Below are positions 11,410 through 24,152 of a stretch of 64,000 bases of DNA, one piece after another. Both the position numbers and the translations under genes were made by a program. Source of the DNA: Octopus sinensis (lineage: Eukaryota); NCBI RefSeq assembly GCF_006345805.1, contig NC_043001.1, positions 48,360,001-48,424,000 of the forward strand, written 5' to 3'. The notes beneath the pieces are model-generated. The model searched no databases, had not been told where the DNA came from, and saw only the letters and a list, made by a program, of their open reading frames with translations. Position 1 is the stretch's first letter. Every line of letters begins with the position of its first letter.

Positions 11410-11720
11410 AGGCTTAGTGTATTCGACTCGCGATCGTAGGGTCGTAAGTTCGATTCCCAGCGGAGCGTTGTGTCCTTGAGCAAGTCACTTTATTTCAAGA
11501 TGCTGCAGTCTCCTCAACTGGCAAAAATGAGTAGTACCTGTATTTCAAGGAGCCAGCCTTGTCACACATTGCGTCACGCTGAATTCTCCATGAGAAGTAT
11601 GTGAAAGGGTGCGCGCGTCTGTGGAGTGTTCAGCCACTTGCACGTTAATCTCACGAGCAAGCTGTTCCGTTGATCCGACCAACTGGAACCCTTGTCGTCG
11701 TAAGCGCCGGAGTGCTAGTA
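11410..11720 (+). mobile_element. tRNA-derived SINE (family 4)
   Basis: B-box GTTCGATTCCC followed by GTTGTGTCCTTGAGCAAGTCACTTT, a common post-tRNA SINE segment. Confidence 0.65.
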
Positions 11721-11829
11721 TGTGTGTATGTGAGTGTGTCTGTGTCTTGTGTGTGTGTGTGTGTGTGTGTGTGTGAGTGAGTAAGTGTGTGTGTGTTTGT
11801 ACATATATAAATGTATATACACATACATC

Positions 11830-12510
11830 TTTTACTTGTTTTATTCCTTAGACTGCAGCCATGCTGGGACACCGCATTGAAGAGGTTTTAGTCGAAGGAA
11901 TCCACCCTAGTGTTTATTTCTTAAATTTCTTTAATACTGGTACTTTATCGTTCTCTTTTACTAAACCGCCAGTTTACGAAGACGTAAACACACCAACACC
12001 GATCGTCAAGCAGTAGTGCAGTACAAACACATACACAGACACTCACACATTATATATACACACGCACATATATATTATATATATATAGTATATATATATA
12101 TAGATTATATATATTATATATAGATATACTATACATACATAGATACATACGTACATACATACATACATACATACATAATACATACTACATACATACATAC
12201 ATACATACATACATACATACATACATACATACATACATACATGTACATTATTCAAAACAGTTTGTTACGGCTCTATGTGACCTATAGTTTCATAGGTTTC
12301 TTACAGAATTGTTGCTCGTCGGGTTCAGTTAACCGAATGGAGAGATGTAAAAAGCCCAAGATGACTACCTAAATCCACTCACAAGATTTTGGTCGGCCCG
12401 AGGCTATAATAGCAGAAAACCTGCTCAAGGTGCCACGCAGTGGGACGGAACCCGGAACTATGTGGTTCGTAAGCAGGCTATTTACCACACAGCCACTCCT
12501 ACGCCTATAT
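11830..12510 (-). mobile_element. SINE2 (bipartite, tRNA-like head) with expanded internal (TA)/(TACA)n
   Basis: Reverse-complement head GGCGTAGGAGTGGCTGTGTGGTAA…GGTTCCGTCCCACTGCGTGGCACC at 12510-12345. The 3' module lies at 12045-11830. Confidence 0.8.
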
Positions 12511-12539
12511 ACGATAAAATGTATACATATTTATCAAAA

Positions 12540-12731
<192 letters not shown>

Positions 12732-13135
12732 GTGTTGTTTTTCTTATTCTCTGTCTTAAGTTTTCTTTTTTTTTTCTCATTTATATAGATCCGTAAGGTA
12801 GTATTCAATACGTAGTATAGTATTTATGCATAGTTAGCAGTACAGAATCACCCAGAGTTTCACACCACTTAAGTTCGATCCACGAACATTCATGAGGAAC
12901 ACATACATACATACGTACATACATACATACATACATACATACATACATTCTCATGAGTACGAAGCGACGATGATCACGAAGTGACGTGATCAGCACGTAA
13001 TGTCGATTTTACATACAGGGAAAAAAGAAAGAAAACCTTTCACTCATATATCCGTTATCTAGTGTATACGTTCTATTCGACTGTCGCTAATTCCGTCTCC
13101 ACCTACGGATTTTATTGTCGTACCCATAGATACAA

Positions 13136-13977
13136 AGATACATACATACATACATACATACATACATACATACATACATACATACATACATACGTTCATA
13201 CATACTACATACATACATACATACATACATTCATACATACATGCATACATACATACATACATACATTCATACATACATACATACATACATCATCATTCAT
13301 ACAATACATACATACATACATACATACATACATACATACATACTTCATACATCATACATACATACATACATACACATACATTCATACATACATACATACA
13401 TACATACATACATACATACATACACATACATACATACATACATTCATACATACATACATACATACATACATACATTCATACATACATACGTCATACATAC
13501 ATACATACATACATACATTCATACATACATGCATACATACATACATACATTCATACATACATACATACATACATACATGCATTCATACATACATGCATAC
13601 ATACATACATACATACATACATACATACATACATTCATACATACATACATACATACATACATTCATACATACATACATACATACATACATACATACATGC
13701 ATACATACATACATACATACATACATACATACATTCATACATACATACATACATACATACATAGATACATACATACATTCATACATACATGCATACATAC
13801 ATACATACATACATACATTCATACATACATACATACAAACATACATACATACATACATACATACATGCATACATTCATACATACATACATACATACATAC
13901 ATACATACATACATACATACATACATACATACATACATACATACATTGATACATACATACATACATACATACATTCA

Positions 13978-14011
<34 letters not shown>

Positions 14012-14345
14012 CATTCATGCATACATACATACATACATACTACATACATACATACATACATACATACATACATACAATACATTGATACATACATACATAC
14101 ATACATTCATACATACATACATACATAAGATACATACATACAATATACATTCATGCATACATACATACATACATACATTCTACATACATACATACATACA
14201 TACATACATACATACATTCATATACATACATACATACATACATTCATACATACATTCATACATACATATACATACATACATACATACATACATGCATACA
14301 TACATACATACACGCACATATACATACAAATAAACGTGCATACAT
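13136..14345. repeat. About 1.2-kb (TACA)n tetranucleotide satellite with TTCA/TGCA variants
   Basis: Directly visible; the source of the YIHT/MYVC ORFs. Confidence 0.97.
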
Positions 14346-14460
14346 GCATACATACATATGCATATGGAGTGTGTGTGTCTCGAGCTGGATGTGATTTTAT
14401 GTTTTCAATTTGAACTCTTCCCAGAACGAAAGAACTGTTTTCTGACAAAGAAAGAATACC

Positions 14461-14582
14461 TCCATAGTAGGGTTCAGTCCTACTGCGTGGCACCTTGGCC
14501 AAGTGTCATCTACTATAGCCTCGGTCCAACCAAAGCCTTGAGAGTGGATTTGGTAGACGGAAACTGAAAAAGGCCCGTCGTA

Positions 14583-14621
<39 letters not shown>

Positions 14622-14626
14622 TGTTT

Positions 14627-14686
<60 letters not shown>

Positions 14687-14900
14687 GGGTGTCTGTGTTT
14701 GTCCCCCCAACATCGCTTGACAACAGATGCTGGTGTGTTTACATCTCCGTAACTTAGCGGTTCGGCAAAAGATCCCGACAGAATAAGTACTAGGCTTACA
14801 AAGAATAAGTCCTGGGGTCGATTTGCTCGACTAAAGACTGTGCTCTAGTATGGCCGTAGTCAAATAACTGAAACAAGTAAAAGAGTAAAAGAGTAAAAAG
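14461..14900 (+). mobile_element. SINE2 with internal (TA)n(TG)n
   Basis: GGTTCAGTCCTACTGCGTGGCACCTTGG…GATTTGGTAGACGGAAACTGAAA…; ends CTGAAACAAGTAAAAGAG with repeated tail. Confidence 0.88.
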
Positions 14901-14959
14901 CATACATACATTAGCCGTCTAATATGGAAAACACAAAATCGAATTAAATGTTAAATCAT

Positions 14960-15095
14960 CCTTTTTACTAAAGGCACAAGGCCTGAAATTTAGGGGTGGG
15001 GAATAGACGATTACATCAACCCCAGTACTCAACTGGTACGTATTTTTTCGAACCCGAAAGAATGAACGGTAAAGTTAAACTCGGCGGAATTTGAA
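14960..15095 (-). mobile_element. SINE1a 3' fragment
   Basis: Reverse complement of TTCAAATTCCGCCGAG…CTGGGGTTGATGTAATCG…CAGGCCTTGTGCCTTTAGTA. Confidence 0.75.
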
Positions 15096-15188
15096 TAATG
15101 ACTATATTTACATGGTCACACTGTGTCGGTTTCGTCCAAGTCTGTTAATATCCCGCCCCCCACTACTTATGTGTAGCGTTATATACAT

Positions 15189-15573
15189 AACTAGCAGTAT
15201 CGCCCGGCGTTGCTCAGGTTTGTAAGGGAAATAACTATAAAGCATTTTTAGAGAGTTATAGCCAAAAAATAGCAAAAAAATGGAAAAAAATTATGGTAAA
15301 TTTTTTTTAGTTAAAAAAGGTGGAGTTGCGTCCCCTAGACAGTTTGCGGTTTGTGTTTCTGATTCTCGACCCCATGTCGAATTTATCGATTTTTTTCAGA
15401 ACTGGGGGAACTTTTCAAAATTTTCGCTGCGTTAGTTTTGAATTATGACATTGGGCTATGTGTGTGTCAAGTTTCATCAGAATCGGTTGAAAGCCGTGGT
15501 CAGGGTGAGGGTACAAGCAAACAGACACACAGAAACACGCACAGACAAACTGCCGTTTATATAGAGAGAGATT
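15189..15573 (+). mobile_element. HINE/DINE-1-like non-autonomous element
   Basis: 5' TAACTAGCAGTATCGCCCGGCGTTGCTC; 3' AAGTTTCATCAGAATCGG…ACAGACAAACTGCCGTTTATATAGAGAGAGAT. Confidence 0.6.
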
Positions 15574-15864
15574 ACGAATCTGTAAAACATTGTATTTTTA
15601 CCTTTGCACCTTTCCACGAGATAAGTTTCTAAGCATCATGTGGTTTATCTCTCTATCAATCAATTCCGCTATCTATATAACTGTTTATTTAATTTCTTTT
15701 CCTGTCTTTAGAAATCGCTTGGCAGCATATAGTTATTTTTCCGTTCAGTTCTTTATTATTCATTTTTTTTTTAATCATGTGTAAATAAGCGTAAATGCGT
15801 GAATGTTTATCGCATATTTGTTTATAAGTTACCATGTATGTGTGCACCTATATATATATATATA

Positions 15865-15904
<40 letters not shown>

Positions 15905-16429
15905 TGGTGTGTGTGTATGTATATGTATATGTATTAAGTATGTATGTATGTATGTGTGTATGAATATGTATGTACGTATATAAGCATATACATATATATA
16001 CATATACATATATACATATATAATAAATGTATAAATATGTATATATACATTAATATAGACATATATATATATATACATACATACATACATATATATATGT
16101 ATATATATACATATATTATATATTTATATATTTATGCTATATATTTTGTATGTGCATATTCATATAGACACATATATATATATATATATATACATACATG
16201 CATACATATATATATATATGTGCATATATGCATATATATTATATATTTATTTATTTATGCTATATATTATTTATGTACATATATATATGTACATACATAC
16301 ACACACACACGCAACACACAGAAAAATCTATATAAACAATGCATAACAAAATGCACAATGAAGAATTGGAATCCACATCCACAAATACCCATTCTTTTAC
16401 GAATTGCTAAAATAATGTTAAAGGTATGC

Positions 16430-16960
16430 TTTTAAATGCTATTTTTCACGTATTTTCCAATTATAGAATATTCCTCCTATGCGCCTACGTTTTTGTATTA
16501 CAAGTTCCAAACTCTTTACGAAAAAGATTCCTACATATTTTACACTCAAACGGTTTTGCTCTAGAGCGTATTGTTCAGCATATTTTGCTAAAATACAATT
16601 GTAGAGAAAATATTTTCCACTCACTCCACTATGGTAAGATTTTTCTTTAGTATTATACGTGAAAATGTCACGATTTGAAACCAATGTTTTGCAATAAATC
16701 TCACATCGATATAAAATATTATTTCTATGAAATAATCAAATAAACATTTCCATAAATAAGTATTTCTCAGTGCTGTACTGTTTTACAGATTTGCCATTTC
16801 TGTTCACAGCATCAAGGAACTCCAAATCCCTACACTTCTGAACTTCGCAATAGACATCAACAAATCGCAAGGTCAGACATTGATAGTATCTGAACTGCAA
16901 TTTGTATATGCCTAGACCATTGCTATTCTCATGAACAGCAATATGTTGGGTGTTCACATA
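16430..16960 (-). pseudogene. Heavily decayed C2H2 zinc-finger array (about 4 fingers)
   Basis: Minus-strand pieces YRCEIYCKTL, TKEKSYHSGVSGKYF, RSRAKPFECKICRNLF (shifted frame) and QKRRRIGGIFYNWKIREK resemble HTGEKP[YF]xCxxCGKxF. The last three units are spaced 86 and 85 nt apart (28-aa period = 84 nt). Confidence 0.55.
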
Positions 16961-17540
16961 ATGAAAATAAAAGCAATCTTTATATCAACTCATAAGGTAT
17001 AAAAACTATAGAAGTTGTTTATGGGGTTATCCTAAATCCCTTCACTGAAACTTGTCTATGCTTTAAAAGACGAAATGGCTTTATGGGGTGTTTAACCGCA
17101 GTATAAATTTTGTCTTACAAGTAATGCACTTTTGCAGAACTACCGTGATTTCTTGAGAAATTGACCATAAAATGAGTCGTCTATATCCTGAACTATACCA
17201 AGTATCCTGCTAGTATATATATATATATGTAAGTTCTGTAGAGAGAAATGGGAATGGAAAGAGAGAAGAGGAGGGAGAGAGATCGATAGACTGAGAGAGA
17301 ATTATTTAATATATATGCACATATTTCTCTCCGTTGTTATTGACTTTACATATGTGTGGGTGTATGTGTATGTGAGTGTGCGTGGGATAGGGTTTGCATG
17401 CCCACCGTGCGTCTAAAATCAACAACTGTTAAAAGATAGGAAAAACGATGTACGAAGAATACGGTATTAGTTTGAAGCTTGTAAGCTGTACTTGGAGTCA
17501 CTATGGAGAGTGATGATGGTTTGAATGTTAGTTTTGGTCC

Positions 17541-17543
17541 GGA

Positions 17544-17587
<44 letters not shown>

Positions 17588-17829
17588 AGGAAGGAAGGAA
17601 AAGGAAGGAAGGAAGGAAGGAAGGAAGGAAGGAAGGAAGGAAGGAAGGATGGAAGGAAGGATGGAAGGAAGGAAGGAAGGAAGGAAAGAAAGACAGAAAG
17701 AAAGGAAGAAAGCTAGGAAGGAAGGAAGGAAGGAAGGAGAAGGAAGGAAGGGAGGAAGGGAGGGAGGAAGAAAGAAAGAAAGTAAGGAAGGAAGGAAGGA
17801 ATGAAGAAAGAAAGAAAGGAAGGAAAGAA

Positions 17830-17863
<34 letters not shown>

Positions 17864-18120
17864 AAAAAAGGAAGGAAGGAAGGAAGGAAGGGAGGAAGAA
17901 AGAAAGAAAGGAAGGAAGAAAGGAAGAAAGAAAGGAGGAAAAAAGAAAGAAAGGAAGGAAGGAAGGAAGAAAGAAAGAAAGAAAGAAAGAAAGGAAGAAA
18001 GGAAGGAAAGAAAGAAGGAAGAGGAAGAAAGAAAGAAAGAAAGAAGGAAAAAAGAAAGAAAGGAAGAAAGAAAGAAACAAAGAAGGAATGAAGGAAGGAA
18101 GGAAAGAAAGAAAGAAAGAA
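17541..18120. repeat. Polypurine (GAAA)n/(GGAA)n tract, about 580 bp
   Basis: Directly visible; the source of the KEGR/FLPS ORFs. Confidence 0.97.
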
Positions 18121-18359
18121 TTATCAATTAATGTATGTAAAAAGTTCTTTATTTTTATATTTGTTTCAGTCATGGAACTATGACCATAGTCGAACGAATC
18201 AACCCCGTACCGCTAGATTATGGGGAGGTAAACGAACCAATACCGAACGTCAAACGGTAGAACGGGCGACAACAAACACAAGGACACAAAAATATACATA
18301 CATGCATATATGTGTGTGTGTGCGCGCGCGCGCGTGTGAGTGTGTGTGCATACTTTAGG

Positions 18360-18720
18360 CACAAGTGTGGCTGTGTGGTAAAAAGATTGTTTCCTAACCA
18401 CATAGTTTCAGGTTCAGTCCCACTACGTGACAATTTGGGCAAGTGTCTTCTGCTATAGCCTCGGGACGTCCAAAGCCTTGTGAGTGGATATAGTAGAAGG
18501 AAACTGAAAGAATCACGCCGTGTGAGTGTGCGTGTGTTTTGTGTCTTTGTGTCTGTTTGTCCCCCACCGCTGCTTAACAACCGATTTTGCTGTGTTTACA
18601 TCTCAATAAGTTACCTATTCGGCAAAAGACACCGATAGAATAAGGAGCGGGCTTAAAAAGTATAAGTACTACGGTCGATTCGTTCGACTAAAATTTTTCA
18701 AGACTGAAACAAGTAAAAGA
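18360..18720 (+). mobile_element. SINE2
   Basis: GTGGCTGTGTGGTAA…GGTTCAGTCCCACT…ACTGAAACAAGTAAAAGA. A partial inverted head follows at about 18725-18835. Confidence 0.82.
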
Positions 18721-19062
18721 TATATACGACAGGCTTCTGCACAGTTTCCATCTATCAAATACACCCACAAGGTATTGATCAGCCAAGGGCTGTAGCAGAA
18801 GACACTTACCCAACGCGTCAAGCATCAGGAAAAAAACCTCCTTAACCAGACAGCCAAGCTTAAGTTTTAAAATAACTCTTTAGGAGCAGGGTGTACGTTG
18901 GTGGGCTAAAACCCAGGAGGAATACCGTTCTATGATTGGCAAACGGGATCAAACGGGTGTGCAGGTGCAATTAACAGTGTGTATGTGTGTGTGTGCTTGG
19001 TAGTGGGCGTCAGGGGAGATGGTGTAGGCGTGTATATTAAAGAGATATATGTATGTGTATAC

Positions 19063-19139
<77 letters not shown>

Positions 19140-19928
19140 AAATTTGAAGGCCTTGATAAGTGAAGTGTAGATTCCGGTGTATGCAATTGCTAAGTGAGTA
19201 GAAAGAAAGGAAGTACGTGTGAAGCTGTCTGAAAGTTTGTATGAATATCTATGATGAAAGTTGTCTAAGATGTGATATTAGGATTGCGTGGAGAAGCGAA
19301 AGCGTGTGCAAAGTGAACGGTGTTATTTGTGGGTAAATAATACACTTACATTCACATACAAACATGTATGCGTACTTCTATGTGCGTGTACACACACACA
19401 CTCCCACACACACTCACAAACCGAAGACGGGACTAAAATGTAATCATTTATATCTGGATATTTCTAAAGGGACTGGCGCCAGTATAGCAGGGCAGGCTAT
19501 TTCGATCTCGTTGCTATTGTAGAATTTTATAAAAGTTCCGCCTCCTTACTTCCGAATAAGAATGTACCGCAGTACCGCAACAAAGTGGATTCTAAAGGGA
19601 CACTCTTCTTCACTACCTTCCCTCAAAACAAATACTATATATATATAAAAATATAGCATAATGTGAAGGAAAAGCTCGAAACGTGCATTTAAGAATTCTT
19701 ATGTCGATATTTGGCAATCTCAATTTATTCCAGAGCTGGATAGACATGCAGAACTCCTCTTTACATAAAAGTAACACTAGAATATTTTTAACACGAAGAT
19801 GGAAGATAACAAGTTTTGATACTACAACACATTTGTTTCTGCATGGCACACCAGCTTTAAGTTGGTGATTTTATAATCATATACCATTCTAGAAAACCAT
19901 TCATCATAATTATGTTGAATGGTTTTCC

Positions 19929-19996
<68 letters not shown>

Positions 19997-20030
19997 TATA
20001 TATATGTGTGTATATATACACACACATATA

Positions 20031-20259
20031 CACGAAGTTTGATCAATAAGCATCTGTAGAGTTGCTATAGTAACGAAGCTAAGGCATGCAGAGTAAAGCG
20101 GCTTGGCACAAGTTGACCTTGAACTCTGATGCGCATGCACTCTAAGTTTTAGCGTTCTAGCTAACTTCTGCTGTTTACAGCAGAGCTTGGAAGAAACGTG
20201 TGTAGCGTGTGATCGTCGCATTGACCATGACAGAGAGAGTTGAGCAGAGGATCTGCATC
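20031..20259 (+). mobile_element. mariner 5' fragment (TIR, UTR and first codons)
   Basis: TA-CACGAAGTTTGATCAATAAG TIR-like start. ATG at 20227 gives MTERVEQRICI, a mariner N-terminal EQRxxIKF-like motif, then truncates. Confidence 0.65.
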
Positions 20260-20474
20260 GCTGAAATTAGAAAAGTTAAAATCATACGTGCGGAAACAAA
20301 CAAAAGCACATGCTCACACGTTCAAACACATACACACACGCACAAACACACATACACACACACACGCACAAAACAGTCACACATATACACATAGAAGATA
20401 GTTCCCCACCATGGGCGCAATCCAATGATTGAAACAAGTAAGAGATAAAAGATACATATACATAAACATACACA

Positions 20475-20875
20475 TAGGCGCAGGAGTGGCTGTGTGGTAA
20501 GTAGCTTGTTTACCAACCACATGGTTCCGGCTTCAGTCCTACTCCGTGGCACCTTGGGCAAGTGTCTTCTACTATAGCCTCGGGCCGACCAAAGCCTTGT
20601 GAGTGGATTTGGTAGACGGAAACTGAAAGAATCCCGTTGTATATATGTATATATATGTATGTGCGTGTATTTTGTGTGTCTGTGTTTGTCCCCCTAGCAT
20701 TGCTTGACAACCGATGCTGGTGTGTTTAGGTCCCCGTCACTTAGCGGTTCGGCAAAAGAGACCAATAGAATAAGTACTGGGCTTACAATAAGTCCCGGGG
20801 TCGAGTTGCTCGATTAAAGGCGGTGCTCCAGCATGGCCGCAATCAAAATGACTGAAACAAGTAAAAAAAAAAGAT
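20475..20875 (+). mobile_element. SINE2, near-complete
   Basis: GGCGCAGGAGTGGCTGTGTGGTAAGTAGCTTG…GGTGCTCCAGCATGGCCGCAATCAAAATGACTGAAACAAGTAAAA. Confidence 0.92.
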
Positions 20876-20998
20876 ATATATGAGCATGGCCTTATGGAGG
20901 AAACCAAAAGGAATGTATAAGAGTAAACACATACGCATATAAACATAACTTCATAAATATATGCATAAATGTATATATATGTACACACATACAGACAT

Positions 20999-21048
<50 letters not shown>

Positions 21049-21949
21049 TAACGCAGATACCATCTATATTTACACATACACATGCCTACATATACCACAC
21101 AGATACACCCATATATATACTACGCACGGACACACATACTTACATACATTGACGAGCCCACATACGCACACTCGAACACAAACAGATATCCATATAAATA
21201 TAATGCTTAGGATTCTTTATGTTATTAGTCATGGGAGAACATTAATTATACAATTATTTATGTTTGAATTTAGTGGAACGTAACATCAAACATGACAAAA
21301 GTGATGTTCATATGTCCATATAGTTGCTCTATCGTCTTTCGTCGTTAATATACATCATCAATATAGCATTGTAATTGTCGTTGCTCTTGATTTTATTGCT
21401 TTCATTTGCCTTGTTGTTATTTAGGGTTGGGATTTCTTTTCCGGTTTTGAAAACGGCACCTATCAATGCTGAGACTGGAAGCGGATTTCGATCGGTGACT
21501 TATATCGGCATTCGTCATTGATGTTACAGGTTAAGACAATTAGGCCAAACAAGAGTGATCTACTGTCACTCCAAAAAGCTGAGCTGTAGGTAGCTTGACT
21601 GTCATTAGTGACTACTTCCGTCAAAGGAGGGTTATATGTGTGTCAGTTTGCAATGGTGATTAATCGTTGACTTTGTCCTAATTACGTACGGTACGTAAGT
21701 AAGGCTCTAAGTATAATCGTTATAATTGTTTTTCTTTGATGCCATTTTTGTTGTTATTTTACCTTCAATATTCCTGTTGTGGCAGTTATATAGCCCTAGA
21801 CCATCGCTAATCCAGTAGACTTGTTCTCAGAATATTCCGCCAAATACTACTCTGTGTATTTATATACGCAACACTCTATTGTCCAATGCACCCTTCATTT
21901 TTACTGTTTAGAGTGTGTTTTAAAGGTGACTTTAGCTATTATCTTTGCC

Positions 21950-22330
21950 ATGGGTGTATTGTAAGAAGCTTGCTTCCCAACCACATAGTTCCAGGTTCGG
22001 TCCCTCCGCATGGCATCTTGAACAACTGTCTTCTACTTTAACCTCGAGCTGACCAAAGCCTTGTGACTAGATTTAGTGGGGGGTGATTCTATCTGTGTGT
22101 GGGTGGGTGCTTGTGGGTGTGTGTTGTGCGTGTATGTGTGTTTTTGTGTCAATGTTTGTCCCCCACCACGGCGTGACAACCGGTGATGGCATGTTTACGT
22201 TCCTGTAACATTGCGGTTCCACAAAACAGATCGATAGAATAAGTACTTGGGTCGATTCAATCAACTAAAAAATCTTTCAAGGCGGTGACCCAGCATGGCC
22301 GCAGTCTAATGGCTGAAACAAGAAAAAGCT
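21950..22330 (+). mobile_element. SINE2, diverged
   Basis: AGAAGCTTGCTTCCCAACCACATAG…CAGCATGGCCGCAGTC…GAAACAAG. Confidence 0.78.
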
Positions 22331-22343
22331 AAAAGTTATCAAC

Positions 22344-22414
<71 letters not shown>

Positions 22415-22689
22415 TGTGTGTGTCTTGTAGTTCGCATAGTATTGAAGTAGAACAGACAAGGAAAGTAAAGAAAAGGTGCCAAGGGCTATCTGCAGAGGGA
22501 AGCAGTCTAAGAAATGCGTTGTTATATCTATTTCCTTATTTGATTTTAAACTTCTCAGCGTTTGCGTTGGCTGCAGCAGCAGTCACTTTTGACATGGTGG
22601 TGGTGGTGGTGGTGGCGGTGGTGTTGGTGACGTATGTTATGATTTTGGTAGTATAAGATCCACCGCCCTATCTCCGATTGAATTTTGAT

Positions 22690-23040
22690 TTTTGGGGTTG
22701 AGATGGTGGATTAATATAGCTTCCTTGATACAACGATTTCCTGTGTTCCTCTCCAAGGCTAGGATGGACGCGTCGGGAGTGATGTTGTCGGATTGTGCTT
22801 CCGGCGTAACAGTTGTTGCCTCTGAGGCACCGTATCTGGTATACTACGTTTGTACGTAGGCATATGTTAGTGTTGCGAATAGGGCAGTTTGCCAGTGTTC
22901 AGGGATGTTGCTCTACGAGAGACCAACTCGCTGATGGGTGTTTACCTACGATCGGTCCTAAATTAGCCAGGTGAATGCCGACGCCTTCCTTGTGGATAGC
23001 CATGTAAATGGCGGAGATGGGTAATCTTCACGAAGCAGGT
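22690..23040 (-). mobile_element. Penelope-like element GIY-YIG endonuclease remnant
   Basis: Minus-strand NVVYQIRCLRGNNCYAGSTIR (VVY…YxGxT) and, in another frame, ILALERNTGNRCIKEAILIHHLNPKI. Confidence 0.75.
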
Positions 23041-23102
23041 TTACTAAGATTTCATGTTTAGTAAATAAATGTGGAAAGAGGCATAAACACACACACACGC
23101 AC

Positions 23103-23175
<73 letters not shown>

Positions 23176-23398
23176 TATATATATATATATATATATAACG
23201 GAGGCTTCAAAAGATATTTTAAGATCCACAAAGATTAGAACTTAACTGCAGCTCTTTGTGGTCCAGAGCAGATATGCAATTTACGTGGGTGTCTCTTCAA
23301 AACATTGTCTGCTTTAAAAAGACACATCAGACGCCATGATAGATCTACGGTGTAAGTACAAGAGGTGGTCGGACTCTGCATAAGGTGTAGACAACCAT

Positions 23399-23464
<66 letters not shown>

Positions 23465-23514
23465 TGTGTGTGTGCGTGCGTGTGTCTGTGTTTGTGTATA
23501 TATATATATATAGT

Positions 23515-23790
23515 GGAGGCACAATGGTCGTAGGATCGCGGTTTCGATTCTCAGACCGGGCGTTGTGAGTGTTTATTGAGCGAAAACACCTAAAAGCTCC
23601 ACGACGCTCCGGCTGGGGGTGGTGATCCCTGCTGTACTTTTTCACCACTGTTTCTCCCAATCTTTCTTCTGTTGGCCTGCTCGCTTAGCCAGCGGGGTGG
23701 CGTCATTCAAAGGCTAAAACAATGCGAATGCATTGTGACCAGCGATGTGTAGCAACATCTGATGGTCTGGTCGGTCACGTGATCACGTGA
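23515..23790 (+). mobile_element. tRNA-derived SINE3
   Basis: GGAGGCACAATGG…GGTTTCGATTCTCAGACC; tail GGTCACGTGATCACGTGA. A second copy lies at 60728-61016. Confidence 0.85.
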
Positions 23791-24152
23791 TATATATATA
23801 TATGAATGAATGCATGTATGCCGTCAAGCATTTTGCCCGGCAGGCTAACGATTCTGCTAACTTGCCGCCCTACTGAAAGCATATATTCATAGTTAAATAG
23901 ACACTGATACACATTAACATCGCAGAAATACATACATATATATATATATAATGATGGCTTTATTCACTTATATTCACCTAGATATACATGTCTCAGTCCA
24001 TTAACAGTGCAATAACAATGCAATATTTGTCCAATAACAATGCAATATTTGTCCGTGTCCTTCGCACCTTGAAATTAAATCCCAATCGGGTCGTCTTTGT
24101 CTTTCATCTTTTCGTAATATAGACATATATATTTTTCGGATACATATACATA

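Noticed and set aside
13062-14413. 295-aa ORFs (YIHT/MYVC repeats)
   Set aside because: These are translations of the (TACA)n satellite.
16736-16957. hAT transposase fragment (LTLRFVD…EFLD)
   Set aside because: The resemblance is limited to a few residues. The adjacent co-oriented zinc-finger relic offers a better explanation, and neither can be confirmed without a search.
17346-18183. 226-275-aa KEGR-rich and FLPS-rich ORFs
   Set aside because: These are translations of the (GAAA/GGAA)n tract.
19660-19695. GTGAAGG…CTCGAAACGTG as a hammerhead
   Set aside because: The core has two mismatches and no convincing stem I or III.
19613-19849. L2/CR1 ORF2 C-terminal remnant (IQLWNKL)
   Set aside because: A single short motif is insufficient to call.
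21500-21600. Possible host exon (TTACAG|…|GTAGCT); similar candidate at 3330-3500
   Set aside because: Weak donor site, no recognisable protein motif, and no neighbouring exons to support a gene model.
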